Source of the DNA: the human T2T-CHM13v2.0 reference genome, Homo sapiens
Assembly (NCBI RefSeq): GCF_009914755.1
Contig: NC_060944.1
DNA length: 64,000 bases
Reading direction: 5' to 3' (one strand)
Of this stretch, positions 1-13,090 are shown one piece after another. The translations under genes and the position numbers were made by a program. The stretch's first letter is position 1. Each line of letters opens with the position of its first letter. Below the pieces are notes generated by a model. The model saw nothing but the letters and a program-made list of their open reading frames with translations. It was not told the origin of the DNA and did no database searches.

Positions 1-409
1 ACTACCAGTGGCATCCTCATTGGTAATTCCAGGGGACCCTGGACACCCATCCTCTTACTGGAACAGAGCTTCATTCACTGTTCTTACAAGAAACATTTCC
101 CCTGGCTGCTGTCTTGCCAGCCTCTTACCCGCTACCTCTGTGGCTCTTCTATCCTTGCTGGCTCTTGGCTGAATGTGGAGGTTCCACAGACATCTCCCTA
201 AGCCGCTGCCTCCTCCACCCAAGCACAACTGATCTCCCATCCACTGTCGCTCAGCCACGCCCTGTGGACTGGAGACTCGTACCTCATTCCTGTGCTCCTG
301 ACATGGACACCCAGTCGGACAGCTCCTTGGTGTGTCTCCCAGGCGTCTGAAGCTACGGTATCCCACACCAAACCCAAGACTACATTCTGTAGCTCTTTAT
401 TCACATGTT

Positions 410-866
410 ACCCTTGCCTCAGGATTCTCCCTTGCTACTGCCACCAGTACCATCTACTTTATACGTATGTATGGATGTCATATACATACTAAATATTTCC
501 CTTCTTTTGCCTACTAGAATGTAAACTCCATGAGAGCAGAGATTTTTGTTTGTATTTGTTGCTGCCTCCCAGCACTTGGAGGAGGGCCTTAAGTGTAAAA
601 GGTGCTCTGTGAATATTTGCAGAGTGAACATTTGATCTGAACCTGCCCCTCTCGGCCACCACCAGCCTGTTGCTCCTGATGTGCTTCACAGCCCATTCAA
701 TGGGACCTCCATCTCCTTTGTTATAGCCAGAAATCTTGAGGTCACCCCTGATTGGAACTTTCCCTCTCCTGTCTCACTAATCCTCAGTCTCCTCCCCTCT
801 ACCCTGAAATTATTTGGGAATCTGTTCATTTTTCTCCCTCCCTCCTGCCACCACATCTAATTCAAA
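410..866 (+). mobile_element. L2 LINE fragments
   Basis: L2 3'-end signature ctagaatgtaaactccatgagagcagagatttttgtttg...gaatatttgcagagtgaa at 513-628; more degenerate L2-like sequence to ~866. Confidence 0.65.
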
Positions 867-867
867 T

Positions 868-1938
868 CTTGGAAAGCACTTAGATCAGAACTCTATGACA
901 TTGGTCTTGGCAGTAATTTCTTGGATATGACACCAAAAAGCACAGGCAACAAAAGCAAAAATGGCCAAGTGGAACTGTGTTAAACTAACAGCTCTTGCAC
1001 AGCAGAGGGAACCATGGAAAAGAGTGAAAAGGCAGCCTGTGGAATGGGAGAAAACATCTGGAGGCTATTTCTGACAAGGGATTGATTTCCAAAATACGTA
1101 AGGAACCCCTGCAACTCAATAGTGAGAAAACTGGTGACGTGAAAAATGGACCAAAGACTTGAATAGACATGTCTCCAAAGAAGACATACAAATACCCAGC
1201 AGGTGTATGGAAATGTGCTTAACATCCTAACTATCAAGGAAAGGCAAACAAAAACCACAGTGAGATACCATCTCCTAGCTGATGGGACCACTGTTACCAG
1301 AAAGCCCAAAGATAACAAGCGCTGGGGAGGGTGTGGGGAACATGGAACCCTTGTGCACTGTTGGGGGGATGCAAAATGCCACAACCGTTACAGAAAACTG
1401 GAGGCCTCAAAACATGAAAAACAGAATCACCATACGATCTAGCAGTTCCACTTACAGGTCTTGATTCAAAAGAATCAAAATGGGTATTTTGAAGAGAGAC
1501 CTGTACTGCTAGTGTTCCTTGCAGCACTGTTCACAATAGCCAAGTGAACAGATAAAGAAAATGAAGTGTATACCTGCAGTAGGATGCTGTGCGTGCAGCC
1601 TGAAAGAAGGAAATCCTGCCATTCGTGACAACGTGGGTGACCATGAAGGAGATTATGCAAAATGAAATAAGCCAGACACAGAAAGAAACTGCATGGTTCC
1701 ACTTAAATGTGATATCCAGCATAGACTCACAGAAGTAAAGGGTGGAATGGCGGTCATCAGGGGATTGGGGGAGAGGGAAATGGGGAGCTACTTAATCAAT
1801 GGGATGAAATTTCATTAAACAAGATGAGAATGTTCTAGAGATATGCCGTACTACATGGTACCTGTAGTCAACAATAATGTAGACTTAGAAATGTGTTAAG
1901 CGGTGGCTCTCATGTTCACTCTTCTTACCACAGTAAAA
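868..1938 (+). mobile_element. Old L1 (L1MA-like) 3' fragment: degraded ORF2 end and 3' UTR, in a RAE1 intron
   Basis: gacattggtcttggcagtaatttcttggatatgacacc...; ORF 1203..1442 resembles the ORF2 Cys-rich region (TTVRYHL...GTLVHCWG); L1MA-type tail. Confidence 0.85.
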
Positions 1939-3229
1939 TCAGCACTTAGACCTTGGCCCTGGTTCAAGGCGTCCTCCGGAGCTGAGGCAGGGGCTCTTGT
2001 AAGCGGCACCACTGGCCTTGCCGGACCCCAGCCTAAGCCCTTCCCTGCCTCCCCATTTCCTTTTGGTTGAATCCAAAAAAAACCTGGTCCCATCTGGCTT
2101 CACTTCCTGCCACCCGGTGCTAGCGCCCTGGCCTCTCCGTTGTTGAGAACTGATTGCCATCGGCCTTTGCACAGGGCCAGTGCATGTGGCTCTTGGTGCA
2201 AGTGACACCCCTGGCATTGTGCAGTTCCTGGTGTGCCGCACAGTAGACCCTGTGCTGATGACCAGCCATGGCCTTTTCTGTCATCTAAGAACTTACAGAT
2301 GTTTGTCAGTTTGCTTTACTTTTTTTCTTCGTACTCACAAAAGTAATGGTCTGGCAGTTTTTAAAAAGGCAGGGGAGCAAACAGTACAGGAATGAAAGAG
2401 GAGGCCGTTTTCCTTCGTACTTAGGAAACGTGCATCACCAGCAGCTGTCACGATGCCAGAGGCTGCTTCTCCCTTCGTCTTGCCTGGCCCCTGCCTGGGT
2501 CCTGCCAGGCTTCCCCTGAACTCACACGGAAGCTCAGATGACCAGCTTAGGCAGGGTGGATGGCCCTCCAAGCTTTGGCCAGGTTGCCACGACTGGAAGG
2601 AGGAAGTGGTAACTCCAAAGTTGGCTTCTCCTCGGGGTGGTCGGCTTTTCTGCCCAGGAGGCTGGGTAGTGGAATTTCTGGGTTCTTCTGTAGAATAGAG
2701 ACCTGCCCTTGGGCCCTCACACTCAACACTGGGCGAAGTGCAGCGTGTTGCTTGTCTGTAGCATGGCCACTGCACCCACCGTCCCCTTCACCCTGTTACC
2801 CTGTGAGACGGGTGCGGCAGAGCCTGCATCCCTCCTCCAGCTGGGGAGGCAGAAGCGCAGAAGCTTCGGGTGACCTCCTGAGGGGTGTCTGCCTAGCCAG
2901 GGACGTCTCCATTCCCCACAGGCAGGGCCGCTGTCTGCCTCGCAGCCCATGGGGCTCTGCTGGCGTGAACGCGGCCTTGCAGGGTGGCAGAGGGAGAGCG
3001 AGCAGCGGGGGCGGGGGAGGAGCACAGGGTGTGCAGTTGGGTCATAAACTCACTGCTTAGATGGAGTTACTAAGGAGTTAGAAAGCAATGCTTACTGCTG
3101 TATCATATTTGAGTGATTTTTTCTGGTTCTTCTAAAACCTAAACATGGGGTAAAAATGACTTACCTTCACGTTAGTCATGAAATCTTATATTATGCTGTG
3201 ATTATGTCTCTTTTTTATTTTAACTGTAG

Positions 3230-3336
3230 CATCGGTGTGTGGCTATTTTTAAAGACAAACAGAACAAGCCTACTGGTTTTGCCCTGGGAAGTATCGAGGG
3301 GAGAGTTGCTATTCACTATATCAACCCCCCGAACCC
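3230..3336 (+). CDS. RAE1: RAE1 internal coding exon ([36 protein letters not shown]), 107 nt
   Basis: Polypyrimidine tract + ctgtag acceptor (AG 3228-3229), GTAAGT donor at 3337; translation matches the RAE1/Gle2 WD40 sequence as I know it; upstream exons lie outside the window. Confidence 0.96.
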
Positions 3337-3417
3337 GTAAGTGTGACTCTGTCAGCTTGCAGATTTCACTGGACTTTTTTTAACAAAGGAAGACTTACAT
3401 GAACCTTTGTCTTTCAG

Positions 3418-3493
3418 CGCCAAAGATAACTTCACCTTTAAATGTCATCGATCTAATGGAACCAACACTTCAGCTCCTCAGGACATTTATGCG
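3418..3493 (+). CDS. RAE1: RAE1 internal coding exon ([25 protein letters not shown]), 76 nt, after a short 81-nt intron
   Basis: ctttcag acceptor, GTACGT donor at 3494; phase joins the previous exon (CC|C = Pro); conserved FTFKCHR motif of Rae1/Bub3 family. Confidence 0.96.
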
Positions 3494-3633
3494 GTACGTT
3501 TTTAGACACTTTAACCGTGGTAATACATCTGGAAACCAGACTTGGAGGTGGCTGAGGAATTGTGGGATCAGAAAAGACTCATCACTGAAGAGCTTGTGTG
3601 TTCATGTCCGGAGATAAGTGGCTTATGCTGTAG

Positions 3634-3934
<301 letters not shown>

Positions 3935-4361
3935 TTGTTTTCTGTGTTAACGTGCCGCCTAACTAGCAGTGTTGTGTATTTGTTTCTGAACATAAGCTTA
4001 GGATGTTTTGCCGAGAGTCTTCTCCCTCCCTCAGGAGCGCTGGTAGACAGTTCACACCCACAGCTCAGACTGAGAAATCTGTTTGCTCAAAAGAAACATT
4101 TTCCTGAGGTCTGCTCCTTGTTTCTTGCTGTCCACATGCTCACTTTCTCTGGTGTGCAGCCCTCACAGGAGGCAAGATTGGGTTCTGGGCTGGCATTTGA
4201 TGGAGGAAGCCTGGATAGTTTCTCTTGCTATCAGCGGGCAGCAGCTGGAAGGAAATGTACCTGTGCGCTTTGTTTCCTAACTCAAGCAGGAAGTGTGCGT
4301 GGGTGGAACCTTCTCTGCGCCCCTCTGCCTGGCTTCTCATTGTGCATGTCAATCCTTGCAG

Positions 4362-4556
4362 GTAAATGGAATCGCGTTCCATCCTGTTCATGGCACCCTT
4401 GCAACTGTGGGATCTGATGGTAGATTCAGCTTCTGGGACAAAGATGCCAGAACAAAACTAAAAACTTCGGAACAGTTAGATCAGCCCATCTCAGCTTGCT
4501 GTTTCAATCACAATGGAAACATATTTGCATACGCTTCCAGCTACGACTGGTCAAAG
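4362..4556 (+). CDS. RAE1: RAE1 penultimate coding exon ([65 protein letters not shown]), 195 nt
   Basis: ttgcag acceptor, AAG|GTGAGA donor; WD40 repeat visible inside ORF 4293..4850; phase 0 at both ends. Confidence 0.97.
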
Positions 4557-5997
4557 GTGAGAACTCCCGGGCCTGCTCTGGGTGCTCCAAGGCAGCAGAG
4601 CCAGGCTCTGGGTTCAGAAGGCCTAGGCCTGAGTTGTGACTCTTCTCAGGACTCACGTGTGTCCTTGGGCAGGTCACCGTCCCCTCCCTGTAAGGGGAAA
4701 TTGCAGGACTTCCTCAAATGGTTGTGGGGATTCAGTACAGCCTTTGGCCAGAACCCAGCACACAGGAAGTGCTCGGCCAGTGTGAGCCATTACGGGCTGC
4801 TCTGTTCCTGGGCACAGAAGCACAGGCAAGCCGGGGGCTGCACTTTATGAAGGGGGTGGCAGGGCGGGTCATGGAGCTTTCGCCTGGGTGCTGTTGGTTG
4901 CTTGGTTGGCTGGTGGTTTGGGCAGGGGGAGTTAGGAGCTGGCAGGAGTGGGGCTGCATTTTTGAGGCCTTTGGGCATGATGGTGAAATGTGTAGACTCG
5001 GGTACTCTGCCCAACCCCATGGGAAGTGTGTTGGCTTTCAACCAGCCTGCGTGTTTCTCCACTGCTCAGCTCTTCTGGAGAGGTTGTCATCATTGTATTT
5101 GTGGTTTTCATCATTCTCCTCCCACCCCACTCTGCCCTTTGCCCACAACAGCCTTCTAGACTTTTCCCTACCCTGCCCTGGCTTCCGATGGGGAGGTCAC
5201 CTGCTTCACATAGGAGGGGCTTCCAGTGGCCTGCAGTGTCTTTCCCGCTCACCTCATGTCTGCCTGCGCTGACCCCGTCTCCTTCCACCCTCATGGCTCT
5301 TTTCTGGGCCTTCTCCCACTGTCTTCTGTCCCCGTCCACCAGCTCCTCCCCTCTGTCTAAGCATGGAAGGCTCGAGGAACCATTTCCATGTATATTAAGG
5401 CTATCGAGAGAGTGGTGTCAGCACCTACCCTCTTGGTTCCCTGTGCTCTGGCCCCTCCTCAGTCCACTGCCAGGTACTTTCTGGCCTCTTGCAGCTGTAC
5501 TCAGAGTCCCTGTGGCCACGTCCTCCTCATCCAGTCCAGAAGCTTCCTTTCTGTCTGTGCCGGTCACTCACCCGTCCCTTCCTGTTCCATACAGCTCTCC
5601 TCCCTGCTTCTTGGCCATGTCCTGGTTTATTCTGCTTTGGGCTGTGGTTCCTGTCCTCCTGCCAGCTCCTGTCTCCTGCCCCTCTTGCCTTGCTGGCCCC
5701 CCGCTATCTCAGCCTGGGGGGCCACCACAGGGCTCTAAACAGCGCTTTGCATTCCCAAGACACCTGCTGCCACACAAGCCAGTGACTGGAGACGTCCCTT
5801 GGTTCGGGCCCTGCCCGCTCCACCTTTAGTATTTCCCAGTCTCAGGAGCGTGGCTGCACCTGAGTCTCCCTGAGGCCCCGAACTTAGACACAGAAGTCCA
5901 GCTGATTGCCTTCCATCCCTCTGACCCCTCCAGGCCTGCTGCTGCTTCTGTGTTTCCCTGTTTGAGGGTTTGCTGTGTGAGCCATGAAGCTGTGTTC

Positions 5998-6420
5998 TTT
6001 TTTTAAAGCAACTTTATTGAGGTACAATTGAAATACAGTCATTGTTTAAAGTGTACAATTTGATCAGTTTCAACATCTGTAAATACCCATGAAACTATCA
6101 CCATAGTCATCTCCCCGAAAGGTTTTTGTGTATATTACTGTAATCTTCCCTTACGCACACACAAAACCATGGGTCTGTTTTCTGGCATTATGGACTAGTC
6201 TGAATTTTCTAGAATTTTATATAAGTGGAGCCCTACGCTACATTTTCCCCTCGCCCCAGCTTCTTTCCCTCAGCATAAGGATTTTGAAATTCACCCATGC
6301 TGTTGAGTGAATCACTTGTCCGTTACTTTTCAGTGCTGGGTAGTATTCCCGGGTGGGGTGTGCCATTTGTTTATCCATTCACCTGTGTAAGCCATGCACT
6401 CAGTTTTGTGACAAGAGTGT
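5998..6420 (-). mobile_element. Ancient L1M (L1MC/L1ME-like) 3' end
   Basis: tttattgaggtacaatt...aaagtgtacaatttgatcagttt...ttcacccatgctgttg antisense L1 signature. Confidence 0.65.
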
Positions 6421-7767
6421 ACTTTTTTGGTTCTGCCTGGCTGGGGGTGGACAGGCTGTGGCGTGCGTGGAGCCCGAGGCCTCAGCTCCCACATCGGGCT
6501 CTTCATTGAATCTCCTCTTTGCATACTCATCCCAGCAGCTGCATCAAAATTCTGCATTTTAACTTAAATGACGCGGGACTCTATACGTTATACGCGTTAA
6601 AAAATGTAGTAAATTGAAAGCAGTGAGAAAGGTAATTGCTTTGAGTGCTGTTTAAAAATTGAAGTAAAATCTCATTCATTTAAGCAGTTAATGTCAGCTT
6701 ATTGTGGGGGTTACATAAATTAGCATCTTTTTAGTTTAAAAGAGAAATTTGCTTCAGGGGTTTTTCATTGTTCTTAGTTCAAGGACAGTTATCTCCAGTG
6801 CAAAGTCATGATCACATATGATTGATGTTATTAGCTTGCTGCTTGAGTTACTGTTCAGAAAAACTACACTTTGTATATTATGAGAGTTAGTGGTCACTGT
6901 TGAGCAAAACTTCTAGAGCTTTCTTGGCATGCCTGTTGGGAAGAGAATAAAAATGTGTCATCAGAGTACAGGTGACAGAGTGCACCCAGCGCCATGCCCC
7001 ACCTCCCTCTTCCAGTCCTTTGGCCCACCTGCGGCTCCTGCCTGCTGTCTTTCTTCCGGATCATCTGCCTGGCCCACCCCACTCACCTCTCTTCTTAAAA
7101 CTTAAATGTGATCACATCACTGACCTGCCTACAGCCTCCTTTTCCCTGGGGAATAACGTTCAAAGGCCTCCCTCTGCCATTCACAGCCCTGTAGTCTGGC
7201 CTCATCCTGATTTCGGGGGTCTTTCGATGCTGTATAGCCCTGCATCCCCTCCGGTGTGGGCCCGGGCAGACGTGCACACCTCCGCACACACCTCTGGCTC
7301 ACTCACCACCGTTCATGCCTCTGCTGTGCTCCGTGTCTGTTGCTCCTTCCATGTGGGGCGGGGTGTCCTCCTTCATCCCCATGATACCCCGCAGGTCAGA
7401 AGTCCTCCTTTCTGTGAAGCATTCTCAGGTCAGAACTAATTCTGACCAAGGGACCCAAGGCAGTTATCCTGGCGTTAAAGTCCTGGGGTGTTAAAAGGGG
7501 GCTCAGTGTTGAAAAGGAACTCACAGGTTCCTACTCACAGACTCTCTCAGTAGGACATTGATGACACACTGGTACCAACCACATCCTTAGGCCTTTCTCT
7601 GAGGACTGAAGTTCTGCTTCGCATTTGACTTTATCTTTGTTGTTTTATTTCTCTGAGAGATTATATGTTTCCAGTATTGTAGCACAGGACTTCACCTAGA
7701 AAAAGCACCTACAAATGCTAACTTTCTTTTGAATAATAAGATCATTGGTGTTTTTTGCTCTCTTTAG

Positions 7768-7854
7768 GGACATGAATTTTATAATCCCCAGAAAAAAAAT
7801 TACATTTTCCTGCGTAATGCAGCCGAAGAGCTAAAGCCCAGGAATAAGAAGTAG
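7768..7854 (+). CDS. RAE1: RAE1 last coding exon (GHEFYNPQKKNYIFLRNAAEELKPRNKK-stop)
   Basis: ttttttgctctctttag acceptor; TAG at 7852-7854; completes the YDWSKG motif and the known RAE1 C-terminus. Confidence 0.97.
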   Translation, partial: GHEFYNPQKKNYIFLRNAAEELKPRNKK

Positions 7855-8189
7855 TGGCTGGAGACTCTGGCTCAGCCAGAGTTGTTTCTCTCCACTCTGC
7901 CTCATCTCTGTACGAATTTGGGTCCCAGCCTTGTTGGGTTGTCAGCCATGGACATGGATTTCAACCCCTGGAGAAAACGATGTCATTGTTCAGCAGCTGA
8001 GAGCCCAGGCGTCCGCGGCGACTTGCCGTCTCTCCATTCCACTGCCTGTTGCAGAGTTTTTCTGTAACTAAGGGGGTTGAGGTTATTGTAGACGTTAGAT
8101 TGCGGGCACCGCCAGGGATTTTGCAGCGCTTCAGTGTACGTGTTAGAGAATATTGGAAAAGCGTCTGTGAGCCCCGTGCTGTATTTTGT

Positions 8190-8195
8190 AATAAA
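8190..8195 (+). terminator. RAE1: RAE1 proximal poly(A) signal AATAAA
   Basis: Canonical hexamer 336 nt after the stop, with upstream TGTA elements and T-rich sequence downstream. Confidence 0.75.
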
Positions 8196-8607
8196 GTCTT
8201 TTGCAGATTGCTTCCCGAGCTTCCTTTGTCCTTTTCTCCCCTTGCCCACCCCGTAACCTCAGGAACATGCGTCCTGCCCAGCATCAGCGTGGGGTTTTGA
8301 GTTGAGATTTCAGACACCCTCTGGGAAATGCGGCAACCTTAGGGGAAAGGGAGTCCCCAGCTGCGCTCACTTCTGCTGCGTGGAACGGCAGCCTCTGTGA
8401 GCCCTGGTGGGCAGAGTTTGAATGTGTTTTTCCTTGCTTCCCTCATTCCCATCTTCAAAATCCCCAGTGCTTTCTGGCCTTGCTGCTCAGATTTCCGAGT
8501 GACTCAAATGGGGACTGTTACTTGTGCTGGGTGACAGGCCATTTGTGGGTAACCTCCTAAGGCCCAAGTGGGTGACACTTGCGTGACTTTCAAGTTAGAA
8601 CCCAAGC

Positions 8608-8673
8608 CCCCTGCATGGGAATTGCCCTGAACTCTTACCCACCCCGGTCCCCTGCATGGGAATTGCCCTGAAC
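8608..8673. repeat. 25-bp perfect direct repeat CCCCTGCATGGGAATTGCCCTGAAC x2 (period 41) in the RAE1 extended 3' UTR
   Basis: Copies at 8608-8632 and 8649-8673. Confidence 0.9.
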
Positions 8674-8933
8674 CCTCAGTAGTGGTTGTTTGGCTGTTCT
8701 TTTGTATTTTGTGTAATTTAAAATTCCTGGTTGGTAAGTATTCAAAATGAAATTCAGCTGGGCTGAGAAAAAGTGTGACTTTTGGGTCTGTCACTGTATT
8801 TCTCACCTGTGATCTCAAATGCTTCTTAGGCCTTTCTGTTTGGACTAATGTGTGAAGTCTGACTTGCTGAGTGTAAAATTCTAGTATCGATAGTGTTGTA
8901 AGATGTGTTTGCCTACTCATAAAAAACAATGAA

Positions 8934-8939
8934 AATAAA
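8934..8939 (+). terminator. RAE1: RAE1 distal poly(A) signal AATAAA
   Basis: Canonical hexamer after a GT/T-rich UTR segment, with GT/T-rich sequence downstream. Confidence 0.65.
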
Positions 8940-10446
8940 ATTTTCTACTGGAAGAGACCACCTGCACTCAGTGGTTTAAATTCTTTGGTAGGTCACAATG
9001 AATTCAGACCCACCCACTCTCCAGCCCTGTTTTTTTAGCCCGAAAACTTATTTTTTAGAGATAAAAAAGCAGGTGCACTAGAAAAATATCTGAATTTTCA
9101 GGTTAACGGTTTCCAGCTCATTTTCCTCTTCACTTTATGAATCAAGCCTGTGGTCTTATCAACGTGGGGAAGATCTAGCTAGCATAAGACTGCTGTGAGG
9201 GGAGATTGAAGCTTGATTATCTCAGCAGCCAACTTTCATATTCAGCTTTAGCTTAGCCAGAGTTTCATTGTTTTTACCACCCCTAGTGACGGGCTAGGGT
9301 GGAAAATGAGTCTAAATTGCAGGCCTTTTAGAGTGCGCTTTCCCAGGATGGGACCTTGCCACCTCCCCAAGGGGATAGTTTTTGTAATTGGCAAATTTAA
9401 AACATTTGCATAAATCCAAGATTGGACTGGGCTGTCAGAACCTGGGAGGGAGCTCTGCTGCCACCAGGATGTGAACCCTAGATGAGGCCCAGGCTCATTT
9501 CTCTGCTGCCCAGGACCTAAAGCATAAAAGCACACTACATGTTTGCTAATGAGGATCTAGGAAGTATTCACTGAGATCGTTAAGCTTCTTCAAATATTTA
9601 TGTTCATGTTTCCTAAAATGCATATGAAGTCTTAGAGGAACTCTTCATCTTAAACTTCAGCATCTTTGCAGGCACCTGTAAGTTGCATGCAGTAGGTGCT
9701 CATTAAGTATTCATAAGTTTGATGGCATCTTCTACTTCAAAGAGATACTAGTGTAATCTTGGCTCTTTGTTTCACTAAATGTCAAGCTGTCCTGCCATTA
9801 AATATTGACTGCACACCCTGTTAAGAGCTGCTTTCGTTGAAAGTAAAGTATATAAACCTCATGGAGAAGACAAATTGTGTTCTTTCACTTAATTTTTTCC
9901 AACATATGAAAATTTTAAAACATCCACAAAAGTGGAAAGGGTTTTGGCAGTGAACATACACCTGCCATCTGCCTGCCACCAGGATGCCACCATGAACACT
10001 CACCTTTCCCTTGATTTTCTGCTTGGTTTTGCCTGGCTTTCCTCCCAGTCTTTGTTGTAACATCGCTTCCTTGGTTCCTCACTGTGGGAACAGGGCCTCA
10101 TGGGAAGAACTTTGTGTAAAGATGCTGCTGCAACAAGGTGGCAGGGATTTAGGGTGGGCACAGGAAGGTGCACTCGGTTCCTGTCATGTTTGGTTGGAAG
10201 CAGGATGGAGCTGTGGTGGGTTTGTGTGAGACACCTGTCTGTGAGCCTGTGCTCACGTGTGTGCACGTGTGCATGTGAGCCTGCCTGTGAAAACCCTCTC
10301 AGTCAAAGGGGCCAGCTGAACCCGCCTGCCTCACCCCGTTTTCGGGTTAGCTTCACACCAGAGATCCTCTGGCAGAGGAAGAACAAAGGATGCGGCAAGT
10401 GCCTGGCCTGCTGGCAGTGAGCTTGCTGACTTTCACCAGAAAATCA

Positions 10447-10596
<150 letters not shown>

Positions 10597-11025
10597 TTAT
10601 TGAGTCATGTAGGAAATGTTTGTTTTTCTCATTCAACCAAAATTTTCGTCTCTTTTGGAGGAGAGACTCTAAAACATGAACTAAACACATGTTCTTGAAC
10701 ACTCGGGAGTGCCTAAGCCAGCCTTTTCCGAATTCACTCATGACCCATTCGTAGGTTGTGAAATGAACGTAGTTGTTGCAGTGAGCGTTTCTTTTAGTGG
10801 AGCCACACAAAATCACAGAATCTATGTATGTATGAGATATTTTCATATCCTGGGGTGGGATTCTTCTCTGTGCCTGTCACTTTTTGTATGGTTTAGGATG
10901 AGTTCTTAGCTTCGGTGACCTCAAGTACTAAGCCATAACTGCACTTGAGGTCTCCCCAAAATGGGAGGGATGATTATATTAATTATATTTGAAATAACCT
11001 TATAACATTGCAATTAAGAACAGGG

Positions 11026-11306
11026 GGCTGGGTGCGGTGGCTCATGCCTGTAATCCCAGCACTTTGGGAGGCCGAGGCAGGCGGGCCACTTGAGGCCGAG
11101 AGTTCCACACCAGCCTGGCCAACAAGGCAAAACCCGTCTCTACTAAAAATACAAAAATTTGCTGGGCACGGTGGCACCTGCCTGTAATCCCGGCTACTGG
11201 GGAGGCTGAGGCGTGAGAATTGCTCAAGTGCTTGAGCCCAGGAGGTGGAGATTGCAGTGAGCCTAGATCACGACAGAGTGAGACCCCGTCTCAAAAAACA
11301 AAAAAA
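11026..11306 (+). mobile_element. Alu (AluS-like, right-arm deletion)
   Basis: Dimeric consensus with A tail. Confidence 0.92.
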
Positions 11307-11311
11307 CATGT

Positions 11312-11540
11312 ACTTGAAATTGGACTGCCCACCTTCAATTCCAACTCTGTCACCAACTTTGCTAACATGTGATTTACCCTTTGTTTAAGCCTGTGATTTA
11401 ACCCTCTGAGCCTCAGTGACCTCATCTGTAAAATGGGAGACATTAAAAGTAGCTATCATAATGGTTGTGTGAGTAGTCAAAGAGTTAAAGCGTAAAAGTG
11501 CCCCTGTGGCTGGCCCGTGATGTGGAGTTTGAATGTAGCT
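11312..11540 (+). mobile_element. MIR SINE
   Basis: Core ctctgagcctcagtgacctcatctgtaaaatggg. Confidence 0.75.
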
Positions 11541-11705
11541 GCTACTACGAGTGCCAGTGAGGATGACATCCATGAGAAGTCTCCTGCTCAATGGGGCTGT
11601 GCTGTCGGTATACAGGCGGGACAAAAAGGTCCAGAGACCAAGTGACTGGAGATCTTGCTTGTCTCTAAGATTCTTTCCCCAGGAGCCGGGTGTTGTGCTT
11701 AGGTC

Positions 11706-11723
11706 TGGCCAGCAGATGGCGCG
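11706..11723 (+). promoter_or_regulatory. CTCF-binding motif TGGCCAGCAGATGGCGCG between RAE1 and RBM38
   Basis: Exact match to core consensus CCASYAGRKGGCRS, with CpGs retained in CpG-poor surroundings. Confidence 0.65.
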
Positions 11724-12289
11724 AATGGCCCCAATGCCAACATTGGAGCATGTGTTTCTGTGTTCAGTTTCACAGACTTGAGTTCATTAAAAGAAATGAA
11801 GTGTTGGCCACCCCCTTCCATTTTTTGTTGTGTTGCTAAGCTTTTAGGATATTTGGGAAGTAGAATCAAAACATTGCTTATGCTGTCAGAAGAATCGTCT
11901 TAAAAATAACACACTTAGATTGAAGGCCTCCTTGGAAAATGCTAAAGGAGATAATTTGTCAGAGGTGGGACCCTGATTTTTCTGTTTCAAACTTAATGTC
12001 CGCGATGGTTTCCTCGTGGAACACTGAAGCCTTGGCGCCCGCGGTGTGGGGGCCTCTGAGCACTCCCGTGCCCCATAGCATCATCCCTGCCGTGATATGG
12101 GAAACACAAATCCCTGGTGGTGGCAAACAGGTCACTTTAAGACTCGTGTTAGTAACTTTGAGGCTCTGTGGCCCGTTGGAATTGAGATGTAAACCTAAAA
12201 CAGCAGATTTCAAAGGCTTAGCGCCAAAAAAAATGAACTAAACACATGCTCTTGAAATTAATGTAAATGCCATTAATTTTCATACCAAT

Positions 12290-12421
12290 TACACATTCAA
12301 ATGATACTATTTTGGATAATTTAACTTTCCCCTGCTTATATTTGTTAAAATGTGGCTACTGGAAATTGTAGATTCCATTCGTGGCTCATGTTGTATTCAT
12401 CTTTCTCTGGGACATCACTGC
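12290..12421. mobile_element. MER3/MER33-like hAT-Charlie DNA transposon fragment
   Basis: aatgtggctactggaaattgtagattccattcgtggctcatgttgtatt...ggacatcactg terminal signature. Confidence 0.55.
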
Positions 12422-12752
12422 ACTAGGTCATCTGACTTTTGGAGGTGTCACCCACCACTCCACACCAAATATTAAAATGCACCCACATCCTGCTTTAAAT
12501 ACACATTGTTTTGAAGGCAAATTCTTTGAAAAACTTTCCTATTTTACTTCTGAAATGATTTGGCCGTAAGCGTACACTCCATGTTGATTTCTTAATCATG
12601 ACCTCGAATAATAGGGAATTTCTCACAAAGTGCAGCGTTTCCTACAAAGCTACAAATTGTTTTCAAATTGATTGGATATTAGAACACTAAATAGTTTGTG
12701 AGGTCTCCAGTATTACATTTGTAGGCCTTTACTTAAACGGATTAATTTGGGG

Positions 12753-13090
12753 ATTTTTCTTGTTTGTTTTTGGTTTTTTTGGGGGGAGGATAGCATCTTG
12801 CTGTATCTCCCAGGTTGGAGTGCAGTGGTGCAATCTCGGCTCACTGCAGCCTCTGCCTTTCGGGCTCAAGTATCCTCCCACCTCAGCCTCCTGAGTAGCT
12901 GAGACTACAAGTGTGCACCACCACACCAGGCTCTGTTTTTTATTTATTTTTTATTTTTTTGTATTTTTGGTGGATACAGGGTTTTACCATGTGTGCCCAG
13001 GCTGATCTCAAACTCCTGCGCTCAAGCAGTCCTCCCGCCTTGGCCTCCCAAAGTGCTGATATTACAGGTGTAAGCCACCACACCCAGGCT
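12753..13090 (-). mobile_element. Alu (AluJ-like)
   Basis: Diverged reverse dimeric Alu. Confidence 0.9.

Noticed and set aside
3337-3417. 81-nt RAE1 intron, a multiple of three, as a possible in-frame retained intron
   Set aside because: Retention reads CCG TAA, an immediate stop
5026-5829. 267-aa ORF in a RAE1 intron (similarly 32033-32806, 32401-33225, 35171-36013, 41104-41847)
   Set aside because: Low-complexity GC-rich or repeat-derived sequence with no recognisable domain or exon structure
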